A DNA stretch of 64,000 nt from Candidatus Omnitrophota bacterium (GCA_021108075.1 JAIORP010000090.1:79828-143827), one strand, 5' to 3'. Positions 1 to 9,338 are shown, counted from the first letter of the stretch. The notes: generated by a model from the sequence alone, not told the origin. Numbers and translations are program-made.

Positions 1-437
1 AAAAACATCAAATAAATCCCTTAGGGGGCTGTTTACCGATGATTCTACAAATGCCTGTTTTTATCGGTTTATATCAAGTTTTATACCGATCTGTTTCTCT
101 AAAAGGATCAAGTTTTCTTTGGATAAAAGACTTGTCAATGCCGGATCGATTGTTTATGTTGCCGACACAATTACCCGTTATTGGAAATGAGATTAATGTC
201 TTGCCGTTAGTGATTCTTATTCTAATGTTTTTCCAGCAAAGGTTTTCTATGAAAAATATGTCGACAAGCGATCCTGCTCAGGCTCAGCAACAAAAAATTA
301 TGAGCATTTTTTTCCCTATATTTTTAGGGTTTATTTTTTATCGGTTATCAAGTGGATTAACACTATATTTCAGTATGTTTTATATGTTTTCAACATTTTC
401 ACAGTTTCAAATGTCGAAACAAGTTAAGGTTGAATAA
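1..437 (+). CDS. yidC: Membrane protein insertase YidC, C-terminal part (5' end outside window)
   Basis: The ORF is open to the window start. Its translation has a YidC/Oxa1-like C-terminal TM region (PVFIGLYQVL...). The gene order yidC-jag-parAB is typical of oriC regions. Confidence 0.7.
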   Translation, partial: KHQINPLGGCLPMILQMPVFIGLYQVLYRSVSLKGSSFLWIKDLSMPDRLFMLPTQLPVIGNEINVLPLVILILMFFQQRFSMKNMSTSDPAQAQQQKIMSIFFPIFLGFIFYRLSSGLTLYFSMFYMFSTFSQFQMSKQVKVE

Positions 438-636
438 AATGGAAAAAGAAAATACGACTAAAAGCATAACAGTAGAGGGGAGCACCGTCGAAGATGCTAT
501 TGAAAAAGCTGTAAATCAATTGAAAGTTAGTAAGGAAGAAGTGAATATCAAAGTTGTTTGTGAGGAAAGTAAAGGCCTTTTTGGCATGGAAGGGGCTAAA
601 TCCGCAAAGATTATTGTTACGATTAAGGATAATTAA
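430..636 (+). CDS. Jag_N-like small protein (resembles the KhpB/Jag N-terminal domain only, 68 aa)
   Basis: The pattern ITVEGSTVEDAIEKAVNQLKVSKEEVNIKV...GLFGMEGAKSAKIIV resembles the Jag N-terminal domain. No KH or R3H part follows, because parA starts 40 nt downstream. Confidence 0.45.
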   Translation: MNKMEKENTTKSITVEGSTVEDAIEKAVNQLKVSKEEVNIKVVCEESKGLFGMEGAKSAKIIVTIKDN

Positions 637-650
637 TATATTATCTCTAA

Positions 651-666
651 TGTTTCACGTGAAACA
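651..666. promoter_or_regulatory. parS: parS centromere site, perfect 16-bp palindrome TGTTTCACGTGAAACA
   Basis: Exact match to the ParB-binding parS consensus TGTTNCACGTGAAACA. It lies 10 nt upstream of the parA start. Confidence 0.75.
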
Positions 667-675
667 TACCGAATT

Positions 676-1485
676 ATGGCTAAAATTATATCAGTTTGTA
701 ATCAAAAAGGTGGAACAGGTAAGACAACAACGGCTGTTAATTTATCGGCTTCGCTGGGTAAATTGAATAAAAAGATATTAGCAGTTGATGTTGATCCACA
801 AGGTAATTTAACTAGTGGGTTTGGTGTTAATAAAAGTGAACTGAAATTGTCGATATATGACATTTTGGTCGATAATCAATCTGTTGACAAAGTTTCTATT
901 ATTAATGCATCTGAAAATGTTGATATCTTGCCTTGTAATATTAATTTGACGGGCGCTGAAATTGAATTAGTTGGTGCATTATCTCGGGAGACGAGATTAA
1001 AGAAGGCGTTAGATAGCGTTAAGAAAAAATATGATTATATCTTTATTGATGCGCCGCCATCATTAGGGTTATTAACCTTAAATGCTTTAGTTGCAAGTAA
1101 TTCTATACTTATACCTATACAATGTGAATTTTATGCGCTGGAAGGTGTTTCCCAATTATTGAATACAATTAACCTTATTCGAGAAGGTTTGAATCCGCAG
1201 TTGTTTGTCGAGGGGGTTTTGCTGACCATGGCCGACTTTAGGACCAAGTTGACTTCGGAAGTTATTGGAGAAATAAAGAAGTATTTTAAAGAAAAAGTTT
1301 ATAAATCGATCATTCCTAGGAATATTCGACTTAGTGAGGCTCCCAGCCATGGGAAGCCGATCAATATTTATGATCCGCAGTCTATAGGGGCAAAAAAATA
1401 TGGAGAACTAGCTGTAGAGTTATTACAAGGCAATAATGATGATATTACTGTCCAGATTGGACAAAATAATCAGATTGGACAGTAA
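676..1485 (+). CDS. parA: Chromosome partitioning ATPase ParA/Soj
   Basis: Deviant Walker A KGGTGKTT and full-length ParA-like architecture. Confidence 0.9.
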   Translation: MAKIISVCNQKGGTGKTTTAVNLSASLGKLNKKILAVDVDPQGNLTSGFGVNKSELKLSIYDILVDNQSVDKVSIINASENVDILPCNINLTGAEIELVGALSRETRLKKALDSVKKKYDYIFIDAPPSLGLLTLNALVASNSILIPIQCEFYALEGVSQLLNTINLIREGLNPQLFVEGVLLTMADFRTKLTSEVIGEIKKYFKEKVYKSIIPRNIRLSEAPSHGKPINIYDPQSIGAKKYGELAVELLQGNNDDITVQIGQNNQIGQ

Positions 1486-1519
1486 AATTTAGTAAAAAAA
1501 CTAGAAAAGGGAGAAATTT

Positions 1520-2368
1520 ATGGAGAATAGGGCACTTGGAAAAGGTCTATCAGCTCTTATTCCAGAGAATAAAGATGTCCAAACTGAAGAATCCGTTATT
1601 TATTTAAAAGCGGAAAGCATAAAATTTAATCAGAACCAGCCACGCAGCATTTATGACAATGAAAAACTTAACGAATTGAAGGCTTCTATTAAAGAGAAGG
1701 GGATTCTTCAGCCCATTTTAGTTAGAAAAAGTAATGGAAGCTATGAAGTCATTGCCGGGGAGCGTAGATTACGGGCGGCTAAGGCCTTAAACATGACACA
1801 GATACCTGCATTGGTTAAAAATGTTAATGATCAGGAAGCGCTTGTCATTGCCCTCGTTGAGAATATTCAAAGAGAAGAACTGAATCCCATGGAAGAAGCC
1901 ATGGCATACAGGAAGTTGATCGAAGATTTCAGTTATACCCAAGACGTAGTTGCAAAAGCTGTTGGAAAAAATCGATCAACCGTCACAAATCTTTTACGGT
2001 TATTAAAATTGCCAAAAGAAATACAGGGAGCGATTTCCAAGGGACAATTATCTGTTGGTCACGCAAGGGCTTTGTTGGCCTTAGAGTCGTTTGTCGACAA
2101 AAAAGCAATATTTGATGAGATATTGAAAAAAAATTTGTCTGTTCGGGAAGTGGAATTGTTCGTGCAACGAAAAAATCAAAAATTATTACGGCCAGCTAAG
2201 CGTGTTCCTCAAAAAGATTCGGATATTTTGCATTTGGAAGATGATTTGCAAAAAAGTTTAGGAACAAAAGTGAGTATTGTTAGCAATAAAAAAAAGAAAG
2301 GCAAGATTGTTATTGAATACTATTCATTAGATGATTTGGATCGAATTCTGACAAGAATTAAAGCATGA
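1520..2368 (+). CDS. parB: Chromosome partitioning protein ParB/Spo0J
   Basis: ParB N-terminal box (GKGLSALI, ...VIAGERRLRAA) and an HTH region. It follows parA. Confidence 0.9.
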   Translation: MENRALGKGLSALIPENKDVQTEESVIYLKAESIKFNQNQPRSIYDNEKLNELKASIKEKGILQPILVRKSNGSYEVIAGERRLRAAKALNMTQIPALVKNVNDQEALVIALVENIQREELNPMEEAMAYRKLIEDFSYTQDVVAKAVGKNRSTVTNLLRLLKLPKEIQGAISKGQLSVGHARALLALESFVDKKAIFDEILKKNLSVREVELFVQRKNQKLLRPAKRVPQKDSDILHLEDDLQKSLGTKVSIVSNKKKKGKIVIEYYSLDDLDRILTRIKA

Positions 2369-2862
2369 GAGAGCCTGTTTTAGTTATTTTTAAACCTGAT
2401 GCAATGAAAAAGAGACTTGTAGGGGATGTTTTAACGAAATTCGAACAATCCAGCCTTGATCTCGTCGCTGCAAAAGTTATCAATCCAACGCGAGAAAAAA
2501 CCGAAAAACATTATGAGCACTTAAAAGAAAAACCCTTTTTTCAAAAGCAGGTTAAATTCTTCATGGGAGAAGAATATTTTGAAAAAGGATTGCTTTTTTT
2601 TATTTTTTTTGGTGAAAATGCTGTCCAGGTGTGTCGGGATATTGCAGGCGCCACCCACCCCGAAGAGGCGAAGCCAACCACAGTAAGAGGGTCGTACGGT
2701 CGTGTCAACAACAAGGATATTTATGAGAATGTCGTTCATGTGTCGTCGAGCTTAGGGGCTGCGGAGCGTGAAATAAAATTATGGTTTAATCCCGGTGATA
2801 TAGAAATGATGTTGTTTTCAACAACACTTGATAATAATAAGCAAAAAAGGATATGGGTATGA
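2365..2862 (+). CDS. ndk: Nucleoside diphosphate kinase
   Basis: NDK motifs (IFKPDA..., NxxHxSD-like HVSSS). Overlaps the parB stop by 4 nt. Confidence 0.8.
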   Translation: MREPVLVIFKPDAMKKRLVGDVLTKFEQSSLDLVAAKVINPTREKTEKHYEHLKEKPFFQKQVKFFMGEEYFEKGLLFFIFFGENAVQVCRDIAGATHPEEAKPTTVRGSYGRVNNKDIYENVVHVSSSLGAAEREIKLWFNPGDIEMMLFSTTLDNNKQKRIWV

Positions 2863-3680
2863 TTAGGGGGATGACAGGCTTTGGCATAACTCAAGTTGCG
2901 ATTAAAGAATTGAAAGCATTAGTCGAGATTCGAAGTTTAAACCATAGATATTTTGACATCAATTGCTATTTACCTTCTGGATTTTCATCGATAGAAGACA
3001 AAATTCGTCAAATTGCTCAAAAGCAAATTAAAAGAGGGCGGGTAACCGTTTCAATAAAGATTACCCAAAAACCGCCGCCTACGATATCATTTAATAAGCA
3101 AGTTGTTCAAAGCTATATTAACGAATCGAAAAAGTTACAAAAGGTCTTTAAGTTGAACAATGATCTTTCGCTTTCCGATATTATCCGTTTTCCAGGGGTA
3201 GTCGAAACCCAAGAAATTTTTGTTAAAGGGGAGTCCGTGTGGCCTGTTTTAGAAAAAGCTATCAACAAAGTTTTGATGAGCTTGATGCGGATGAGAACGC
3301 GTGAAGGGAGGAGCTTAGCGCGGGATGTCAAGGGACAATTGGGTCGTATGTTGTTGAAAACAAACAATATAAAAAAAAGAATCCATGTGATTCGCAAAGA
3401 AAATAAGAAGATGTTAACTCCGGACGAATTTTATTCCTTTCAAAAGAGCAGTGATATTAACGAAGAAATATCGCGATTAATACATTATATTGAAGAACTG
3501 AAGTTATTGCTGAACAGTGAATCAGCCGTTGGTAAAAAAATTGATTTTATTGCGCAAGAGATGCAGCGGGAGACGAATACCATTGGTTCGAAGGTCCAGG
3601 ACAATCTTATATCAGATGCTGTCATTGCATTAAAAAGCAAGATTGAAAAAATCCGAGAGCAATCTCAAAATATTGAATGA
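2853..3680 (+). CDS. yicC: YicC/YloC-family stress-induced protein (RNase YicC family)
   Basis: N-terminus MTGFG and a C-terminal DUF1732-like region. The yicC-gmk-rpoZ synteny is conserved. Confidence 0.75.
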   Translation: MGMIRGMTGFGITQVAIKELKALVEIRSLNHRYFDINCYLPSGFSSIEDKIRQIAQKQIKRGRVTVSIKITQKPPPTISFNKQVVQSYINESKKLQKVFKLNNDLSLSDIIRFPGVVETQEIFVKGESVWPVLEKAINKVLMSLMRMRTREGRSLARDVKGQLGRMLLKTNNIKKRIHVIRKENKKMLTPDEFYSFQKSSDINEEISRLIHYIEELKLLLNSESAVGKKIDFIAQEMQRETNTIGSKVQDNLISDAVIALKSKIEKIREQSQNIE

Positions 3681-4285
3681 TGCCAGTGACAAAAAAGAAG
3701 AATAAGGGGAAAATTTTTATCATTTCTGGGCCTTCTGGGGTTGGAAAAACGACGCTGTTTCAACGCGTGATCAAGCTGAAGAAATACTGTGATAAAATTT
3801 TTCGTTCGATTTCCGTTACCAGCAGATCCCGACGTAAGGGAGAACGAGATGGCCGGGATTATTTTTTTGTTAGTCCTAAGATGTTCGAATACAAAATACG
3901 CGCAGGGCATTTTCTAGAGTGGGAAAGAGTCTTTGACCATTATTATGGAACACCTAAAAAAAAGGTAAAAGACCTGACAGCTCGAGGGGATAATGTGTTG
4001 CTGTGTGTTGATGTTAAAGGCGCACAGACAGTTAGAAAAAAATTTAAACGTGTCGTTTCAATTTTTATTAAGCCCCCGTCGATGGAAGAGCTTCAAAAGC
4101 GTCTCAATGACCGGGGATCAGAGTCTGGGATTGTTCAGAAAAAAAGACTGGCACGTGTGAAACAAGAACTGAATGAAGCGAAATATTTTGATCATATTGT
4201 CATCAATGATCAGATCCTCAAGGCTGTCAATCAATTAGACCATATTTTGGAAAATGAATTATTTATAGACGACGGGAGGATTTAA
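3677..4285 (+). CDS. gmk: Guanylate kinase
   Basis: P-loop GPSGVGKTT and guanylate kinase domain length. Confidence 0.9.
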   Translation: MMPVTKKKNKGKIFIISGPSGVGKTTLFQRVIKLKKYCDKIFRSISVTSRSRRKGERDGRDYFFVSPKMFEYKIRAGHFLEWERVFDHYYGTPKKKVKDLTARGDNVLLCVDVKGAQTVRKKFKRVVSIFIKPPSMEELQKRLNDRGSESGIVQKKRLARVKQELNEAKYFDHIVINDQILKAVNQLDHILENELFIDDGRI

Positions 4286-4302
4286 AACGCAGTTAATTTT
4301 TT

Positions 4303-4331
4303 TTGACATTAGAGACGAGATGTGCTATATA
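4303..4331 (+). promoter_or_regulatory. Sigma70-type promoter: TTGACA, 17-bp spacer, TATATA
   Basis: Consensus -35 box with a 17-bp spacer to an AT-rich -10, about 70 nt upstream of rpoZ. Confidence 0.5.
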
Positions 4332-4402
4332 TTAACGTTATTATATATAGAAATGACAGCATAAGTGTTTTAACTTATATTTAATGAGGAGGCAAATAAT
4401 AG

Positions 4403-4633
4403 ATGGGGGAAATACCTATTGAAGAATTGTTACCGAAAGCAAATGGAAGTGTGTACAGACTTGTCCGATTAGCTGCCAATCGTGCATTGGAACTTGCAGA
4501 GGGTAAACCGAGTCTTATTGAAGCCAAGTCGATAGAGAAAATTAGCACGATCGTATTGAATGAAATTGCTCAAGGGAAGGTGGTCTCTCCTGAGTACGCA
4601 CAAAGAAATCCAGAAGCCAAACCCGAAAAGTAA
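4403..4633 (+). CDS. rpoZ: DNA-directed RNA polymerase subunit omega
   Basis: RpoZ signature ...SVYRLVRLAANRALEL. Confidence 0.8.
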   Translation: MGEIPIEELLPKANGSVYRLVRLAANRALELAEGKPSLIEAKSIEKISTIVLNEIAQGKVVSPEYAQRNPEAKPEK

Positions 4634-4659
4634 TCAAGCGTGGGTCTTCAAAAATAAGC

Positions 4660-5211
4660 GTGAAACAAAACAAACGAATAATTTTAGGCGTAACAGGTAG
4701 CATTGCCGCATATAAATCAGCGGATATAACACGACGTTTATTAACTGAGAAGTATTGCGTAACCGTTGTTATGACAGTATCATCGGAGCAATTTATAACA
4801 CCGCTAACGCTTGCGGCATTATCAAGAGATCGCGTGTATCGGGGGATGTTTGATGAGAGATGCCATCCAGAATTTATTCACCATGTCGGTTTAGCTCAGG
4901 ATGCGGATGCGGTCCTCATCGCTCCTGCGACTGCAAACATCATAGGAAAAATAGCGGCAGGATTAGCCGATGATTTGTTGACCTGTTTAGTTATGGCGAC
5001 AAAAGCGCCTATCTTAATCGCTCCAGCCATGAATACAGTCATGTATGAAAACAAAATTTATCAAAACAACTGCAAAAAATTGCATGATTTTGGTTTTCAT
5101 TTTATAGAGCCGATTGAAGGTCAGTTAGCCTGTCGAGATGAAGGAAAAGGGCATTTAGCGCCTGTTTCAGAAATTGTTAAAGCTGTAAATGATCTTTTAC
5201 AAGAAAAATAG
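4660..5211 (+). CDS. coaC: Phosphopantothenoylcysteine decarboxylase flavoprotein (CoaC domain only)
   Basis: Flavoprotein fold with ILGVTGSIAAYK and PAMN motifs. No CoaB half is present. Confidence 0.8.
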   Translation: MKQNKRIILGVTGSIAAYKSADITRRLLTEKYCVTVVMTVSSEQFITPLTLAALSRDRVYRGMFDERCHPEFIHHVGLAQDADAVLIAPATANIIGKIAAGLADDLLTCLVMATKAPILIAPAMNTVMYENKIYQNNCKKLHDFGFHFIEPIEGQLACRDEGKGHLAPVSEIVKAVNDLLQEK

Positions 5212-5212
5212 T

Positions 5213-5283
5213 GGCGCGATAGCCAAGTGGTAAGGCCGTGGTCTGCAAAATCACTATCGCCGGTTCGATTCCGGCTCGCGCCT
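5213..5283 (+). tRNA. tRNA-Cys (GCA)
   Basis: Hand-folded cloverleaf with acceptor stem GGCGCGA/TCGCGCC, anticodon loop CTGCAAA and T-loop GGTTCGATTCC. Confidence 0.8.
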
Positions 5284-5338
5284 TTAATCGTACATTAATG
5301 GATGATTGAAGCGTGAGTGGATTATTACGATATGTTGT

Positions 5339-5421
5339 GGGCAAGTGGTGGAATGGCATACACGTTGGACTTAAAATCCAATGGCTGCAAGGCCGTGTGG
5401 GTTCGACTCCCACCTTGCCCA
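5339..5421 (+). tRNA. tRNA-Leu (TAA), long variable arm
   Basis: Acceptor stem GGGCAAG/CTTGCCC, anticodon loop CTTAAAA, long extra arm and T-loop GGTTCGACTCC. Confidence 0.8.
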
Positions 5422-5470
5422 TATGTTTTTGAGAAACAAAGAATTTTTTTTGGATATCTTTGTTTTACTT

Positions 5471-5547
5471 GGGCGGTTAGCTCAGTTGGTTAGAGTGCTA
5501 CGTTGACATCGTAGAGGTCACAAGTTCGAGTCTTGTACCGCCCACCA
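5471..5547 (+). tRNA. tRNA-Val (GAC), CCA encoded
   Basis: GGGCGGTTAGCTCAGTTGGTTAGAGC... with anticodon loop TTGACAT, T-loop GGTTCGAGTCC and ...ACCGCCCACCA at the 3' end. Confidence 0.85.
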
Positions 5548-5626
5548 TTGAATTAAATATAAGGAGAGAAAGAGTTGACTTTTATCTTTTTACCATTTAT
5601 TTCAGCAACTTTTTTTTATGTGAGAC

Positions 5627-7363
5627 ATGGAAAATAAAATGTTAGATAGCTTAAGACATAGTTGCTCTCACGTTATGGCACAAGCTGTCAAAGAACTTTG
5701 GCCGGACGTGAAAGTGGCGATAGGTCCAGCCATTGAGGATGGTTTTTATTATGATTTTGATAAATCGGAACCATTTACTCCGCAAGATTTAAAGAAAATC
5801 GAAAAACGGATGAGAAAAATTACCAGCGCAAAATTGCCGATCAAGCAATCCTTCATGCCTAAGGCCGATGCGCTAAAATTTTTCAGTGAAAAAAATGAAA
5901 CATACAAGTTGGAGCTTATTGAAGGCTTTGAGGATGAGCAGGTCTCTATTTACACGACGGGCGAGGACAAATTTATTGATTTGTGCAAAGGTCCTCACGT
6001 GGAACATACGGGAGAGATCGTCGCCTTTAAGCTTTTATCCATTGCCGGGGCCTATTGGCGTGGGGATGAAAACAATGCCCGCCTGCAACGGATTTATGGA
6101 ACGTGTTTTTACAGCCAGGAAGAGCTGGAGCAACATATCCAATTATTAGAAGAGGCCCAAAAAAGAGATCACCGCAAACTGGGCATACAATTAGATCTTT
6201 TTAATTTTTATTATGATACCGCGGGGGCAGGGCTTGTTTTTTATCATCCGAATGGGGCTATGTTGCGCAATATTATTGAGCAGTACGTACGTGAGGAACA
6301 TGTTAAGAGAGGCTATGAATTTGTGATAACACCGAATATTTTGAAGGGCAAACTATGGGTTCAAAGCGGGCATGCTGACCATTATCGCGAAAATATGTAT
6401 TTTTTTGATGTTGATGGAGAAGAATATGCTGTTAAGCCGATGAATTGTCCCGGGCACATGTTGATTTATAAGTCCCGATTACGTTCTTACCGGGATCTTC
6501 CCCTGAAATTTTTTGAATTAGGTACAGTTTACCGACGAGAAAAAACAGGCGTTCTACACGGGTTGTTAAGAGTTCGTGGCTTTACACAAGATGATGCTCA
6601 TATATTTTGCGCAAAAGATCAAGTCCAGCAGGAAGTTGTTAAAGTCATAGAGTTTGTCTTTGATTTTATGCATACATTTGGCTTTAAAGATTTAAATATT
6701 GAAGTGAGTACGCGGCCGGATGACTTTATCGGAGCTGTAGAGGATTGGGATGTGGCTACGCAGGCACTGGAAGCTTCATTAAAGGAGAAGCATCTGGAGT
6801 ATCAAATCAACGAAGGCGATGGCGCTTTTTACGGTCCGAAAATTGACATTAAGCTAAAGGATGCTCTAAGAAGAGAATGGCAGTGCGCGACTATTCAATG
6901 TGATTTTTCTTTGCCAGAACGCTTTAATTTAAGTTATACTAATGCAAAAGGGGAGCCTACGCGACCCATTATGATTCATCGTGCTATTATGGGCAGTGTG
7001 GAGCGTTTTATCGGAACCTTAATTGAACACTATGCCGGGGCGTTTCCCGTTTGGTTAGCGCCTGTCCAAGTACTGTTGATCCCGATTCGCGAATCTCATC
7101 AAGAATATTCCAATCAGGTTAAAGAGCGTATGCTAGCTGAAGGAATGAGGGTAACGGTTGATTACCGCAATGAAAGCTTGAACAAAAGAATTAGGGAAGG
7201 GACATTGAAGAAAATTCCCTATATTATCATTATTGGGGATAATGAACAATCGTCGCAGACACTGGCTATTCGCAGACATGGCAAAGGGGATCAAGGTGTT
7301 GTCCCTCTTGATGATTTTCTTTTAAAAATAAAGAAAGAAATAGAACAGAAAAGTTTAGATTAG
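5627..7363 (+). CDS. thrS: Threonine--tRNA ligase (no N-terminal TGS domain)
   Basis: Editing-domain HxxxH, class II motifs and an anticodon-binding domain. The protein is 578 aa and starts directly in the editing domain. Confidence 0.9.
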   Translation: MENKMLDSLRHSCSHVMAQAVKELWPDVKVAIGPAIEDGFYYDFDKSEPFTPQDLKKIEKRMRKITSAKLPIKQSFMPKADALKFFSEKNETYKLELIEGFEDEQVSIYTTGEDKFIDLCKGPHVEHTGEIVAFKLLSIAGAYWRGDENNARLQRIYGTCFYSQEELEQHIQLLEEAQKRDHRKLGIQLDLFNFYYDTAGAGLVFYHPNGAMLRNIIEQYVREEHVKRGYEFVITPNILKGKLWVQSGHADHYRENMYFFDVDGEEYAVKPMNCPGHMLIYKSRLRSYRDLPLKFFELGTVYRREKTGVLHGLLRVRGFTQDDAHIFCAKDQVQQEVVKVIEFVFDFMHTFGFKDLNIEVSTRPDDFIGAVEDWDVATQALEASLKEKHLEYQINEGDGAFYGPKIDIKLKDALRREWQCATIQCDFSLPERFNLSYTNAKGEPTRPIMIHRAIMGSVERFIGTLIEHYAGAFPVWLAPVQVLLIPIRESHQEYSNQVKERMLAEGMRVTVDYRNESLNKRIREGTLKKIPYIIIIGDNEQSSQTLAIRRHGKGDQGVVPLDDFLLKIKKEIEQKSLD

Positions 7364-7386
7364 TTTATTAATAAGGAGGTGTCATT

Positions 7387-7905
7387 ATTCAAAAGTTTGT
7401 GCGCATTAACGAATCAATCAGAGCTAAAGAGGTTCGAGTTATTGGACCGAATTCAGAACAACTTGGCGTTGTTGTTTTAAAGCGGGCATTGGATTTAGCT
7501 GAAGAATATGATCAGGATTTGGTCGAAATCGCCCCAACAGCTACTCCTCCTGTTTGTCGGATTATGGATTACAGTAAATATAAATATGACCAGGAGAAAA
7601 AAGAGCGAAGAATAAAGAAAAATCAAGTTGTTACTCATCTAAAACAGATTCGGTTAAAACCTCACATTGGAGAAAGCGATTATCAGGTTAAGTTAAAAAA
7701 AGCAAAGAGTTTTTTAGAAAAAAAGGATAAAGTGAAGGTCAATATGTTTTTTCGAGGACGTGAAATGGCTCATCGCGAATTGGGCCGTGAGATTTTAGAA
7801 AAAATGAGGACCGATTTGATCGAACTTGGGAAAGTTGAGAAAGAGCCATCCATGGAAGGACGCGTGATGTCCATGGTTTTTGCTCCTCATACGAGTAAAA
7901 TCTAA
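7387..7905 (+). CDS. infC: Translation initiation factor IF-3, predicted AUU start
   Basis: IF3 N-terminus (INESIRAKEVRVIGPN) and C-domain. The SD AGGAGG at 7374-7379 is 6-7 nt from the in-frame ATT at 7387. The GTG at 7399 used by the ORF track is 19 nt from the SD. Confidence 0.8.
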   Translation: MQKFVRINESIRAKEVRVIGPNSEQLGVVVLKRALDLAEEYDQDLVEIAPTATPPVCRIMDYSKYKYDQEKKERRIKKNQVVTHLKQIRLKPHIGESDYQVKLKKAKSFLEKKDKVKVNMFFRGREMAHRELGREILEKMRTDLIELGKVEKEPSMEGRVMSMVFAPHTSKI

Positions 7906-8092
7906 AATTTTCATCTTTTTTGTTTTGTTCATTGTTGAGAGAAAAGCAAACCACATGTTAAGGGGGTAGGGACATGTTTTATTTAATTTTTTATGTGGTG
8001 TACTTATTTTTTGTTTTTTTATGCGGAATATGATATTCTTTTTTATTAATATTTCCGGGTAGCAAATAGTTAATTAAAGGGACGGTTATAAT

Positions 8093-8290
8093 ATGCAAAA
8101 GTTAAAGACATGTAAATCAGCGGCAAAACGTTTAAAAATAACGAAGTCAGGAAAAATTAAGAAACGTAGCGCAAGACGGGGACACATCTTGGGAAAAATG
8201 TCGCGTAAGGCTAAAAGAAAATTGCGTCAAAGTTCATATTTGTCTGATAGTGATGCAAAGAAAATAAGGAGGTTGTTGCCTTATGGTTAG
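8093..8290 (+). CDS. rpmI: 50S ribosomal protein L35
   Basis: Basic 65-aa protein with the L35 signature. Conserved infC-rpmI-rplT operon order. Confidence 0.9.
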   Translation: MQKLKTCKSAAKRLKITKSGKIKKRSARRGHILGKMSRKAKRKLRQSSYLSDSDAKKIRRLLPYG

Positions 8291-8672
8291 GATAAAACAT
8301 TCAGTTGCGACAAAAAGAAGAAAAAAACGTGTCTTAAAAAAAGCTAAAGGTCAGTTTGGACACCGCAGTACACGGTTTTCGCAAGCGAAACGGTCTATTG
8401 TTAAAGGCATGGCGTATTCTTATCGGGACCGTAAAGTCAAAAAGAGAGAATTTAGAAGTTTATGGATTATTCGTATTAATGCCGCCTGCCAAGAATGCGG
8501 TATCACGTATAGCCGCTTTATTGATGGTTTGACAAAAGCGAATGTCTTGATTAATCGAAAAATTTTAGCTGAATTGGCTGTTCGTGCCCCTGAGTCATTT
8601 AAGAAATTAGCTGAAGTGGCAAAAGAAAAAGCTTCTGGACCAAAGAAAACAGAAACTGTTTCAGCTGCTTGA
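8283..8672 (+). CDS. rplT: 50S ribosomal protein L20
   Basis: L20 signature MVRIKHSVATKRRKK... Confidence 0.9.
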   Translation: MVRIKHSVATKRRKKRVLKKAKGQFGHRSTRFSQAKRSIVKGMAYSYRDRKVKKREFRSLWIIRINAACQECGITYSRFIDGLTKANVLINRKILAELAVRAPESFKKLAEVAKEKASGPKKTETVSAA

Positions 8673-8690
8673 TAAATCAAACTTATTTAA

Positions 8691-8724
8691 GCCCATTATC
8701 CGATCGTGATAATGGGCTTTTTTC
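8691..8724 (+). terminator. Rho-independent terminator after rplT
   Basis: Hairpin GCCCATTATC(cgatcgt)GATAATGGGC followed by TTTTTT. Confidence 0.7.
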
Positions 8725-8896
8725 TTGTTTCCGGGAATGATTTAACAGAATGCGTGATTGAACGTGATCAGGTGGTTGATTGACAAAAACAGGGAATTCC
8801 GTATTATATTATACCGAATCCATTAATGACTTATTTTATTTCGATTTTGATATTCTAGATAAAGCGTTGATAAAAGCAGAATCGGTTTTGGTAATG

Positions 8897-9002
8897 ATAC
8901 CAAATTCATTGAATAATTCATCTGATTTCTCATTGCTATTTGCGTAAAAGCGTTCGCAAAAAATGATGAGAAATTTTGGCAATTATTTAATGGATTTGGT
9001 AT
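8897..9002. repeat. MITE/REP-like dispersed repeat, copy a (subfamily A: core ...TGATTTCTC...AAAAAATGATGAG)
   Basis: Left TIR ATACCAAATTCATTGAATAATT and right TIR AATTATTTAATGGATTTGGTAT. The internal sequence closely matches copy h at 43993-44099. Confidence 0.6.
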
Positions 9003-9338
9003 AAATAGATGGATTTTTATCGCAGTCAGGAAATCATCTCTGTTTGTTTTTGGTTGTTGAAAACAAGTGAAAGACAAATCAGTCATCCCGCTCAGATTCG
9101 CCGTTCATCATCAAGTGTTTTTATTCAAAAAATGAAGAAGATCGCCACTAAAAAACAGCAATAAGAACAACTCAGAATAAATGATTAACACAAGAAAGAG
9201 AGCGGTCTTTGAAATTCAGGGATTATTCTAACCCGGGATGATGTCCATATAATATTTTTTTGGTATTAATAATTGGTAAAGAGGCTATTGTGAATTTATC
9301 ATATAGAGCAAACAATATTATGTTTTTTATTTGAGTTA

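Noticed and set aside
554-766. 70-aa + strand ORF overlapping the Jag_N ORF, parS and the parA start
   Set aside because: It is in an alternative frame across a clear parS site and the parA N-terminus, with low-complexity translation, so it is spurious.
5177-5422. 81-aa minus-strand ORF in the six-frame track
   Set aside because: It lies entirely across the tRNA-Cys and tRNA-Leu genes and the coaC 3' end. The tRNA cloverleafs are clear, so the ORF is spurious.
5548-5626. T-box leader upstream of thrS (and similarly upstream of pheS, 18768-19034)
   Set aside because: The leaders are too short or lack the T-box consensus (AATTAGGGTGGNACCGCG), and no specifier or antiterminator structure was found.
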